A DNA stretch of 63,999 nucleotides, filler included, from Asterionella formosa (lineage: Eukaryota): NCBI GenBank assembly GCA_002256025.1. It is 10 parts of 10 records of this genome, joined end to end, with 100 filler letters (N's around TTAATTAATTAA, not from the genome) between each part and the next. Parts side by side here need not be neighbours in the genome. Positions count along the whole stretch, not along the records: positions 45,207 to 51,564 come from NKIB01012737.1; positions 51,665 to 58,017 come from NKIB01012738.1; positions 58,118 to 63,999 come from NKIB01012897.1; 7 more parts are not named here. One strand, written 5' to 3'. A program made the translations under genes and the position numbers. Below are positions 49,170 to 61,398 of this stretch, in pieces (within the stretch, counting starts at the first letter, position 1; the number at the start of each line of letters is the position of its first letter). Under the pieces are notes generated by a model. It did not search any database, had not been told where the DNA came from, and worked only from the letters and a program-made list of their open reading frames with translations.

Positions 49170-51391
49170 CTATTTGAGATTCACAGGACTTTTCATACCA
49201 ATCTCTGCAACAGTTGTAAAAATGCTCGGTCTCAGCGTAACGTTGTTGTCAAAACTATTTAGAGTATCACTTTCACTTGTTCCCCTAGAAGCGCCACTCA
49301 ATAAACCTGTCCTTTCTGACGGAGGTGTGTCATCACCTGGAGTAGCGGGTGGAGGGGCCTGTGGAAGTACACTTCCCATATATTGACCTACCATTGAGTC
49401 ATTGGCGCCATCCTCTTCCTCGCCCTTATGCAGGGGTTGTCGGCAAGTTAGGGCAGATGTACCGCGTAGATTCTCGTCTGCTTCAACAAGAGCATCCCAG
49501 TCCTCGTTGTCTAGAATCTTGCTAGCCAAAAGACGCGCTGTCGCTTCCTCGATTTCGGGATCGTCAACACTCAAACTTATCGCAATCTGATCCTCCACAG
49601 CATGCACATCAAATGAATATCCATCGTATCCGGCTTCATCACATTCTGAGTCAGCCATCATTGTCATTGCTTGTGTCGCTTCATCATCGCCATTACCACC
49701 CGGCTCGCGCTCATCTTCGTTGCCCTCTGGAACAGTTGGTTGCTTTGGTATCTTTGGCATCGTTGACTTTGATCTCAAAATCAATTTCAAATCATTCATA
49801 AAATCTCCAAGAGCAATACTATCACCAAACTTTCCGTTGCGCTCATGCGATGCTCTGTAACCTTCTTCCCATTCGTTCGTCGGAAATGTGTAAAAATGCG
49901 CGATTGAAAATAAAAGCATCTCCAAGCAAATTAAAAAGTTCTGCGCTGATTTAGCCCATTCTGCGGCGTTTTTGCCACCCACATCGGTTGTATTTGCCAA
50001 AAGCGATATTGCCAGCCCTTGCCAGAACGTCATGAAAACAACTCCTTTGATGCACAGAAACTTCGCAAAAGGTCGACACCATGCAAGTTGCTTATCGACA
50101 GCATGATAAAACTTCATAAGGCCTGTGAATGCGATAAAAACACTGGCGTTCTGAGCAGCAACAATGTAGAACTGAGGTGATCGATAATCCATTGGATTCC
50201 CAGTAGGCCCATAGTATCCATACTTGTCTAGCACAAACATAGCTATAGTCAGCGTCGGCCGCATGAACACGAATTGTAAGGCAAATATCTGACATTGTAG
50301 CAAGACGGCACTGGCCATGTCCCTATCGGAGTCATATGGATTTCGATTGCACATGCAATCTAGTCGAAATGGAGGCGACAAGTGACCCGCATTTGCCGCC
50401 AATAAGTCTACTACAGCGCTTCGGTCCCCGCGTCCCAATACCGAAATGCAAAAGGAAAGAAACTGATAAATAATGTAGGCCTTTTTGTGTGCGAGAAGTA
50501 TCAGTCAGATGAAGGAGGTTCAACTTGCCTGCTATACACTGGTACCAGAATGACAAACATGCTCACCTCATAGAAATCTTTAACTATTGCAAGGTATCCC
50601 TCTGCTTCATGAAAGACCAAGCTAAACCAGGAGGTAATGGCGTAAATTGGACACATCCACAGAATAGCTAAAATTTTTCTCTGAATTACCGGTTGATTGA
50701 ATTTTCGCAGATGTGCTGTCATGTGCCACATCGAAATGAGCCCACTCAATAATGTGAAAGTACCAGCCAGTTGATATACTAAGGAAAGCACTTAATCAGC
50801 ATCCTTGCACATGTCAACAAACGAACACTTCCCCCAAAAGCTTGACTTACCCATGAAAGAATTCTCCATACTAAACTGATCCTGCGTCGTTCGCACGTAC
50901 TGCTCCACATCAATCTTGACTTTGTTAACTTCATCTTCGATTTCAGCCTGAGCCTTCGTGACAGTTTGATCTAACAGATTCACGGTATTTTGAAGCTCGA
51001 TACTAATTTCCTTCTCAGCTATCATCAGGTCGCCTTTCAATTCACTCACAGTGGCGTTCAGAGCATTCTCCAAACTTTTCAATCGACCCAGCACGTCACT
51101 ATTAGTAACGGCATTATTGAATCTCTGTATGACTTCCTCTTGTCCCGCAACAACTTCCTGTAACTTGCTAATTTTTGATTCGTCCAGTGCAATTTCCAAA
51201 CTTAGCTCGCGAATCTCGGATTGAAAGTATAGCGACGTAGCCACCAAAACAACCAAGGTGAGCACCGCAATGAATCGGTTCGTCATTATTCCGCGATGGG
51301 AGGCCCTCGAGGATGATTCCGACGAGTCACATTTCGACTCTTGGGGACTCCGGAGCCGAATCAAGGGATCTAAAGACGAATCAAGAGCCAT
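49170..51391 (-). CDS. TMEM184: TMEM184/OST-alpha family membrane protein with N-terminal TM and coiled-coil extension; introns 50779-50850 and 50481-50566
   Basis: QRKILAILWMCPIYAITSW, KDFYE|AYIIYQF, KFLCIKGVVFMTFWQG, QNFLICLEMLLFSIAH. Both splices keep the frame. Confidence 0.9.
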
Positions 51392-53505
51392 GATTCATTC
51401 CTACTTTAGAATCAAATTCGATACGGATTCTTCAATCGGACGATTTAGCTTTTCCGTCTGTTTCTTGATGCTTGTCCTCCGCTCAATTACAGAGATACAT
51501 GCAGCCTTTAAAGCTCAAGGCAGAAAGATTGTTCAATAGTTGTATCAAAATGGTCGGCAACTTCNNNNNNNNNNNNNNNNNNNNNNNNNNNNNNNNNNNN
51601 NNNNNNNNTTAATTAATTAANNNNNNNNNNNNNNNNNNNNNNNNNNNNNNNNNNNNNNNNNNNNAGTCTAAACTCAAAAGGGCAATTACTGCTGGACAGC
51701 CCTGCCTAGGAGCTTATTACAAGCGCCATGCAATTTCTTTCTCAACACCTCTGGCACCCTTTACCCCCACCTCTCCCTCTCTTCCTCCCCAGCATCTTTC
51801 CCTCCCTTCTACTGATAACCACGCAAAGCAAGAAGCGCTTGTGTCACCACTCCGACCTTCCACATACACTCTCTCCATCCCAGAACTTGCTGGCCACAAA
51901 AAAATTCTCAAACTTCATCTGGAAATCACTAGCTTCACCATGTTTGTATTGATGAACAACAGTTTGATCATTTTCTCAAATACCGGACGATTGTCCGGTG
52001 GAGGAACATGGTACACAGAATCTTGCAAGTTGTGGTAAAATTGCCGAAATGACGATTTGGACATCTCGGATATGCACGCCTGTAGATCCAACACAAAAAA
52101 TGTAATCTGGCTAGCTCGGAAAACAGTTATCTTTCATTCATGGCATGATCGTTTTGAACTTTTAGAATTTGATTTGGCAGAAACTATTTTAGGGTCAAAC
52201 TCATTCCCCCAATCCAAAAAATTGGGGGGTTTTACTGGAGAGCTAGATTCCATCGGGGTCAGCCAGATGCGGCCACAGGAGAGGGATCAAAGAACATGAT
52301 AGTCGACCCCCACCAATGAGTGCACATGTCCGGGAATACATATAGCGGTACATGCACCTACGGTTATACGTTTAATATGAATGCTCTCTGCCTTCCGGTA
52401 CATACTGTGTATAATTACAATCGCTCATGAATCGAACAAACATGAGAAATTTCCCATTACCATGATTAAATGATTATTAATTTTCGATTTTGTACAACTG
52501 CTTAACACTACTATTATTAGTTACTTAGATAGAAAACACGTGTTGCTAGCAAGTAGTGAAAGAAACAAACACGTAGCTTTGATATTCATTGCGAAATAGC
52601 TAACATTGAAAATCGGCAGAAGCTACATGGCGTTCGACCGCAATGACAATATCTCCATGATTTCTTGACAATATCTCCATGATTTCTTGCTGGATCAATA
52701 CCCAAGTAGCTAGTTCGCACATAACCGTTGTATATCAAGTAGACATATTCTATAATATCAGAAGCTGAAAACAACTATTGGTTTGCTTATAATTCGTGAT
52801 TTATCTGTTAACAATAGGCATATCATCATTGTCATCATGTAACCGGTACCAAACCAGCAAACATCATGTTCCTATAATATACATGCTTGTACCCCTGGTA
52901 CCACCTAAAAACTGAGAGTCATACAAACTTTCAGTTTTGTACTGATAGTCATAACAAAACGGGGTAATCACAAGGTTTGAGACGAATATTTGTAATATTA
53001 TAAATCTGTATTAGACAAAGTTCTTCCTGTGCATATAAGTATCAGCATTGTTCATACTTGAACACTGCAATCTCGTACCAGTTCTTTAGTTATAGTAGCC
53101 CAAAATTGGCTGTCGACGGTTTTTGGTCCAAATCAGTTTTACCCCATTGAGCCTGCATGACTTTTTCAACACATAGGAGAAGCTGAAGCTATATAAATAA
53201 TAAGCTTCTTTCAAGACTTTTCCGCATCATTACTATGGCATGTTTTCGCCATTGCAATTAAGTTGTGCACCATAATAACTTGTTTATTTAGAGTTGTTTA
53301 AGTGCTGGTGCGCCAATCAATAAATATTATAACCTAGTGGTACCTGGTACTGGCATGATAGACTACTAGTAAACCAGCGCTGCGGCTGGTATGCATGACA
53401 TAAAAACAAGCCTACAAAACAATCCAACTTTTAAGTCTCATAATATACAATTACTTGCAGAGTCATCGTTGAGACACTACAGTAATCATGTTGGCAGACC
53501 AAGGA

Positions 53506-56030
53506 ATGCTAACTCCTCATGAAACGGAAATTGAGCAGCTAAACCTCAACAATGTAATTCGAGAGTTAGAAGCTATCAAGGAGGTAAAATGCCATATAGC
53601 ACTATTTCTAAAGTGGTGGACAAGGCTAGGAAAAGATTGCTCCCATGGCTATCAATAAACCATGTCAAGTACCAGCAGATGAAGAAGAACAAGAAATTAT
53701 TTAATGAGATTTACTCTAGTACTACTACATCGACCAGCACGTTCTCAGCTGCTATGGGTAATGCTGCCTCATCCTCTCTGACTTTTGCTTCCCTTTCCAC
53801 AATGTCGACCAGCGACTTTAATGCTCCTACTAGGAACCTTGCCCCCGCCATCCCCACCAATTATGTTTCCTCACCAGTAGCTAGCACCAGCAACCACCCC
53901 AGCAATTGATTTATTTTATTTGTTTCAAACACAGCAGGACGAAGAGGAGGGTGGTGGTGAGATATCATTTGATAGCCAGCAGCTAAATGAGCTGACAAGC
54001 GCAGAGCAGAATGACACACACAATATTAAACATACCTGTGAGAATTTTGGTGAGGGCGAGATGAGAACAGCAGATGCAGAAGGCAGTGTTAGTCAACAAA
54101 CAACCAGCACAATAACCGGAGGAAGACCAAAGGGTGCCACTCCAGCTGCTGTACGAGATGTTGGGCAACGACATGAAATTGCCATGAGTGAAATATGTGA
54201 TTTGTATGCTGTTGCTCAAGAAAATTTCAAAGATGCCAATATGCGAGTAAAAAATGGAACACTTGCGATGATCATAACAGAAGCAAAGGCAAGGAATGGG
54301 CTGCCAGAAGAAACTTTCATGAATAGAAGCACAATTGTTAACAGAGTCTCACAAAAAATGGGGCACTGACATGGAAGGGTAAGCCCAATGCTTGCAATAG
54401 AACCGTACATGGTGGAACTGATTCATCAACTTGCCCAAATGCGAAATCCTATATCTGTCAGTGATGGTCTTCGACTTGCCAACTCCCTAATATCTGGAAC
54501 TAAAATAGGAGACAGCGTCAATTCATGGAGACAAACTCATTCTTCTGCATACCGATCTAATAAAAATCCGAAACTTGGAATGGGTTACTGGAGAGGGTTC
54601 ATGAAAAGGAATAAAGACTTAGTGACCGCTAAACATGGTGTTAAATTTGAAAGCAAGCGAGCCGATTGGTGCACTTACAATAATTTTGAAGCAATGTATG
54701 AGCAAGTGTACAAGGAGATGGTTGCGGAAGGGATTGCTGTTGAATTCCCAAATAAGGAATGGTTGAATAAAGAAGGAGTAGTGGTACTTGAGGAAAAGGA
54801 TGCATTGGGACTCCAGACAAAGTATAATTTGATTCGTCCTGACCGGCTGCTTTTTGTTGACAAGGTGGGATCAAACACATCTCGAACTAAAGATGGCAAT
54901 TTGGGGGGAGAGTTATTTCTCTGTGGAAAGGGCGAGCAACCACAGCAAAGATCGGCACATAAAGATGCACACTTTACCACTCTTGGGTTTACAGCTGCAA
55001 ATGGGAATCCAATTATGTGTGCCATGATCATTTTTTGCTGCTAAGACTCTCGAAGATGAATGGGTACTTGGTCTTGATCCATTTTCAGAGTGGGTGGGAG
55101 ATGAAAACAACTTGTTAGTGAACAGTGGAAAGAACAAAAGGTACCCGCAAGGACCAGTGTGCACAGTTGATGGAGTCAACTTACCTACCTACTGTTGTGC
55201 CTCTGAAAATGTAAGTATCACAGTAGAGCTACTTGTTGGAATGCTTGCAGACATGGACAAAACCGGAATTTTTGCACGGGACACTGCCTGGCCCACCACC
55301 TTTCTTAATTCTTGATGGTCACAGAAGCCGTTTTGACTTGCTCTTTCTTGAATAAATCAATAATCCTGAGCACAATTGGAATGTCTGCATTGGTGTTCCA
55401 AACGGGACCTCCTACTGGCAAGTCGGTGACTCCACTGAACAAAACGGTTGCTACAAGATGGCCATTACAAAAGCGAAGCGGGAACTACTCATCAAGAAAG
55501 CGGACCATCGTCAGGAATTCTCACTCAATAAAATTGACATTGTCGGAATAGCAAGCACTGCATGGGATGAATCATTTGGTCAAGTTACCTCCAAAAGGAC
55601 TGCAATTGCCAACCGAGGATGGGGCCCACTCAACTATAATGTTCTCAATCACTCTGAAATCCAACTTAAAAAGACAACATTGAAAAATGGCACCCAAAAC
55701 AACAACACTGGAAATGCTACTTCTCCGCAAGAATTAAATCTGTCAGATGGATATGCTGGCTGGCACTCTAGTTGACCGTGTCGTTGAATACAGGAATCGT
55801 GAAGATGCTCGAAATGGAATCGACCTTGATGCCCAAGCCCATCAATTCAAGGAAACTGCCCAAGCCCATCTCGACTCGCACAAGAAAAGAATCTCTGCCG
55901 GCCTATTGGCATCTGCTGGTATTCATGCTCTTGGACCAAATGTGCTTGTATCTGCACTGGTGAGAAAGAGAAATGCAGAGGAACTGTTTACTGAGCGTCA
56001 AAACAAAAGACAAGCCCTACTTACCCGCTT
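53506..56030 (+). mobile_element. pogo-like (IS630/Tc1/mariner) transposase pseudogene, DD37D
   Basis: CENP-B-like HTH region (LGMGYWRGFMKRN), LLFVDKVG, FLILDGHRSRF, IGVPNGTSYWQVGD; 37 residues between the 2nd and 3rd Asp; AIANRGWGPLN. Stops and frameshifts present. Confidence 0.85.
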
Positions 56031-56889
56031 AGGAGAGACCTCACACCGAGGAAACCAGCAGGCGCCAGCAGAAGAGATCAAAACTGCTGTGGTTCTTGCT
56101 GCGAGTCCTATCCCCCCTATTCTCCCCCTTGGCCTGCAGTTGACAATTGTGCTGACACATAAGGGGGAATTGACATTCCAGCCGCACTGCTTTGCATGCT
56201 TTGGGCAAGGAAGAATATGAAGGGTGGCTGGCTGAGAGGAGGAATATGAAGGAAGCGACAAAACAAGGAGGCGGAAGCAGAAGCGGAAGTGGAAGCGGAG
56301 CAAGGTGGAGGCGAAGGTGGAGAAGCAAACAAGCAATCAAACAAAAAATTCTCGCTTGGCTGACATCTGTCATAGTAGTAATACCAAACCAGTAGCCTGA
56401 TGTAAGAAGAACACTAATTAGTGACAAACGTAAATAATTCCTTTATAAATCTATATCAAACCATCATCAAAACGAATGAAAGTAAGATTATTGACACAAA
56501 AACTGAAATAATATTTGAGTTAAAAGGCAAACGCATTATTTTTTAAGGTTTAAAAAATGAAAACAATTAATAATATATGGGTAGATGATGCAACGGACAA
56601 ATAATATTGTGGCAGGAAAAAGCTTTAGAGTGAACAATAGGGTAATCGAAACCAGAATTGGAATATAAAATTGTCTTCAGGTACGTAGTAAAAATATGTA
56701 TTGATAGTCATACAAAACGACCATAATCATCAACTTTAAAAACTTCACATCTCTTGAATTATGAAGCTTCATTACTATTTAAACAGATCTATTGAAAGCG
56801 AAGAGCCTATTCTACATTTAGCTACGTACTTGATTTGTTGTCACCATGAAATTTGACTAAAATAGTTTGAGTCGAAACATGGGGTAAAC

Positions 56890-58017
56890 TTTAATGATTA
56901 TCGTGGTCCTTGCCCGGTACATCCTGAAGGTGCACATACTTGGGGCAATTGTTTCCAGAATCCTCGTACTCAAGGTGGTCGAGCAGGTCGCATGGCTGGT
57001 CGTCATAATGGACGAGGCCGTTCCAGTATCGGTAGACTAGGACATTTTGGTGGTCGTGGAGGCGGTTCACATAGCAATCCTATGGAAAGCTACAATAATG
57101 ACACTGCTAACCCTGTGTCTGTTCCACATGCTCGTATGTTAAATACATGGGGTCGTAATACTCATCCATCCGGTTGGGTTACCGTGCCACGTGCCGATTC
57201 TACCGAGAATACATCTGCCCAGGAAATTTCAGTGGTCACGAACCCTCCTGCTGGTCAGATAGTGACTTTTGTTCCTACTACACAACAGCAGATTGCTGAT
57301 CGCCATCACAGAGGTGGTATGTGCGATAATAACGATGCTATTTATAATGACTCGTTGAGTATATCTCACGTTAGTCATCACCAGAATAATATTGTTTACT
57401 TACAGGTTGAATACACTATGGATACCGCTGTTCCTGTAATGCGGGATATGTATAACTGTATTGATGGACATGATGTTCCACATACATTATCAGAGCCCAA
57501 TTCCGGTTTCCTGTTTTACTTCTAAGGATATATTAACATCAATTGATTTGATTCCGATTTCCCTTTTAGCGCCTAGATGGGTGGATAATATACCGATACA
57601 TAAAATACTGCGAGTATTATTCGATAGTGGAGGATCCTTATCCTTAATACATGAACGGGTTATGCCTCAAGGTATTTCTTTGTCTGACGAGACTTCCCAA
57701 TTAATACATAATACCATAGCTGTTACTTATTTATCTCATGCCAGTGTCATGCTATATGACCTGATTTTACCAGAATTTAATCGATCCGCTCATCTATGCA
57801 CATTGGAACTAGTCCATTTGTCTGGTTACCTATCCATCCACAAGCTTTTGAAGAAATGAAGGCATTGTTAGTTGCAGATACACTCATGCGTTATCCTGAC
57901 CATAATCTTCCTTTTCATATCTTTACTGATGCCTCTGATTATCAATTAGGGTCGGTCATTATGCAAAATGATCTCCCAGTTGCTTATTATTCTCGCAAAT
58001 TATCTGCCTCTCAAAAG
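56890..58017 (+). mobile_element. Ty3/Gypsy remnant: gag knuckle, protease, RT deleted, RNase H start
   Basis: [64 protein letters not shown]. Confidence 0.88.
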
Positions 58018-58222
58018 NNNNNNNNNNNNNNNNNNNNNNNNNNNNNNNNNNNNNNNNNNNNTTAATTAATTAANNNNNNNNNNNNNNNNNNNNNNNNNNN
58101 NNNNNNNNNNNNNNNNNAATGCATCGCTCGTCTTTGGTCTCATCCCGATCAGGCGAAGCACTATCGTACTGTATAGATCTCATCGTTTCCCATTCTACCC
58201 GGTACCATCTCTCTGTCATCTC

Positions 58223-58259
<37 letters not shown>
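58223..58259 (+). repeat. (CAT)n microsatellite running into the start codon
   Basis: About 12 perfect CAT units, the last overlapping the ATG at 58258. Confidence 0.95.
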
Positions 58260-58771
58260 GGGAAATGAATCCTCATTCTTGAAGGACCAACAAGGACAAC
58301 AAGAACCAAATGAAGAAGAATCAAATGACAGATTTCATCACGTTTTGGACAATGCGTCATTGTTCGTTTGTACTGGAAGTTCCGTTGGAAGTGCTACTGC
58401 CGGTGCTACTGGTGCTACTGCCAGAACTACCAATAACAACAACAACAACAATAGCAATAGCAACAGCATGGCAACACTATTAGCACAAGCGGATGCACTT
58501 TGCATTTCATCTCCACCAAATTCACCAACAAATGACAATTTTGACTCCTTTCATTCCAATGACAACAATACTATTAACATTACTGCTGACAACAGTAAGG
58601 CAACGTCAACATTGATTCATCCATCCTCGGCCCTGTTTGCACGTGCCCTGGTCTCTCAAGTTAGCAATACTACTTCTTCCACATCCACATCGGCCATTGT
58701 GTCACGGGAAGTGAAGTTGTTAAAAGCCAACATGGCGGTCAAGTCCAACAGCAATAGTTATAGAAGTACTG

Positions 58772-58809
<38 letters not shown>

Positions 58810-61248
58810 ACTAGAAGCAAACCTATTGGAAGTGTCTCCTCCACAACGACACCATTATTGACAAGCATCTATCATTCGGCCAAGGCTGCTGTATTGGAAT
58901 ATGATGATGACCATGGTGGCAGTGCTGGTGGTGGCGTTGTGGATGCCACAACTACAAGTGCATCTACTACTAACCACAAGAACAACAATACTACTTCAGC
59001 CAAGAGCCATATACCAACAAACGCTATTCAAGAAAATGGAACAAACCCGTTTCAAAATGTGGTTCATACGTCGAACAATACTACCACTAATCACAATGGT
59101 AGTACGAGTGGCAAATATACAGTCACCATTGGATTGTCCCTATCACGACGACATTCTACAGTTGGACATTTGGATACCATTACAAGACAAGGGGCTTTTG
59201 ATTTTAATGAATTGCAAGATCGAGACTATAAATATGTGTCATCCACAGATAGTAGTGGATGGAGAGCTGGTGGGGGTGAACGTGGTGGTGGTGGTGGTGG
59301 TGGTGGTGGTAGCAATACCGACACTACTACCACAACGACTCCACACAAGGTGGCAGCACCAGATACGGTACATATCCCAATTATACACATTCATGCAGAA
59401 TCACCCATGGCTGTGGATGCCATTATTAGTGCACTGGCACGGGGAGAACTATTTATCCCACACATGGCGGTCCTACCTGAAGCACTCTCGGTCAATGGAA
59501 CAGTCCCACCAGATATCATGGTTAGATTCAATTGCGAACGTACCACAAATGATGATGATAATAATGGAGTCGTTGTACCTGAAGAATGGCCCAATTGGTG
59601 TTTGGAATTTATGCACAATCAATTGTATGAATACTTTTATTCATATGGGGCCGTATGGACCAAACGGCCATTTTGTATTACATTGGCAAGAAAAGTACGC
59701 TGGAAGACTGTCAAACATATGAATCGATACTTTGCTCATGCAGAACGGGTTTTGGATGCATGGAGAGAAATGGGACCGCAGTACTTGACTCCACAATTGG
59801 CATACAATAACAGACAAGGGACGACACCAGAAGAAGTGGCACGACCACATGGCATTTATTTATTCAGAAATGGTGTACCTACCAATTACTTTGCACCCAA
59901 CTTTGAACCACCGTACACTACCAAGATGACGCGGTCCTTGTTAATGAATGTTTTGGACAAATCATGGGACAAGCGAAAACGAGAATGGACCAATGAACCT
60001 GTACCAAGATTAGTTACACCATCTACCTTGTTGGCCACCATGTGTGGATGTACAGATCCAACACAAGAAGGATTCATGGCTAGTCAAGTGACGACTCCGT
60101 CGTACAATTATCTTGACGAAGATCATCATGGTCCGCAAATGACGATTGTTATGGACGCAATGGTTCATACGCCACAGGAAGAGGAGGAGGATGTCATGCT
60201 GCCAAACGTATTTAAAAGCACAATTGTTGAGGATAGTTTTGAAGGGATGAGCCCACAGTCCAATCAAAGTATTGTTAGTTCGCATTTGTTGAATCCTATG
60301 GATGCAACGACTACTACAGCAACTGCTACTACTAGTAGTAATGCAGCCAGTAGTGGTACGACAGTGACAAGTGATATTGAGGAGAAGAAAATATCTGCTC
60401 TCACAACATTACGGCATGGTCCAGCCCCAAAACCTGAACAGCTACACAACATGATAATGACACCAACAAAACCTCTGGATACGTCAATGGAGGAGATTGA
60501 TGGGTCACAAACAACAGTGTTGCATATGAATTCATCGTCCATGCGACTGGTGGAAAAAGAATTCGAACGACAACAACAAAGGAAGAATAACAATCCATTA
60601 CGATTGGAAACTCCGACAGAAGGCACGCCTAGTGAAGAAGCAGAAACTCCCTTCTCCAAGATGTCGACTACTACTGCTGCTGCAGTTGGTTCCATTTTGG
60701 AACATAACCCTTTTCACACCAAGAATGACCCTCGACCTGTCACTCTTGCAACAAAAGCATCTGCCAAAAATGAAGGTAGAGACAAGTATTCCATGTACAT
60801 TAGTGAAGACAATGGCTCTATTACTACTACCACGAATCGATCTGTCCAACGATCTGATTCTTCCGTATCATTGGACTACTCCATGGATTCCAGCTTGTTT
60901 GGAGGAGATGGTACAAGTATCATGTCAGGAGGAGCACTCTTGCCTAGTATGGACTCGGGTTCTGTGGTAACTAGCATGTCCAATCCTAGTCGCCGAAAAA
61001 ACGGAACAAGACGTGGTGGCAACGATACTTCTGCTACTAACAATACCCAAGCAACAGACGTTCCATCCATAGAATCCATTCCAACTGATATGGAACTCCT
61101 GGCAATTGGGTGGGCCAAGGCATTCGATCAGAACAGTGGTTCTTATTATTACTTTACTTTGGATAGAAGCAAAATTGTATGGGACAATCCATTGGAACCG
61201 GCCAGTACAGCGTCTGAATCATTGCAAGAAGGTTCTACTGTGACATGA
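58258..61248 (+). CDS. 996-aa low-complexity protein with a central globular domain and a C-terminal WW domain
   Basis: Intact ORF; GWAKAFDQNSGSYYYFTLDRSKIVWDNP matches the WW consensus; poly-N/T/A/G tracts; MGNESS is a possible myristoylation start. Confidence 0.85.
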
Positions 61249-61398
61249 AAAGGAGCGAGGAAGAATGTTCATGTTGTTTTTATAGTTGGTCATGTGGATT
61301 TTCCTGGTTATGCTCACCCCCACAAACCCACATTATTATAAATTTATCTAATACCGAAATATAAATGATTTTATTTGTTTCCGAGTGTTCTTGGTCCC

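Noticed and set aside
51665..52310. Broken minus-strand reading (…EMSKSSFRQFYHNLQDSV…) vaguely like a transposase N-terminus
   Set aside because: Too short and frameshifted to assign.
6362..58117. Regularly spaced TTAATTAATTAA palindromes about every 6.46 kb
   Set aside because: Artificial concatenation linkers within N runs. The period reflects similar-sized contigs, so no gene cluster can be inferred across them.
58901..59722. 273-aa alternative-frame ORF within the WW-protein gene
   Set aside because: By-product of trinucleotide low-complexity sequence; no protein-like features.
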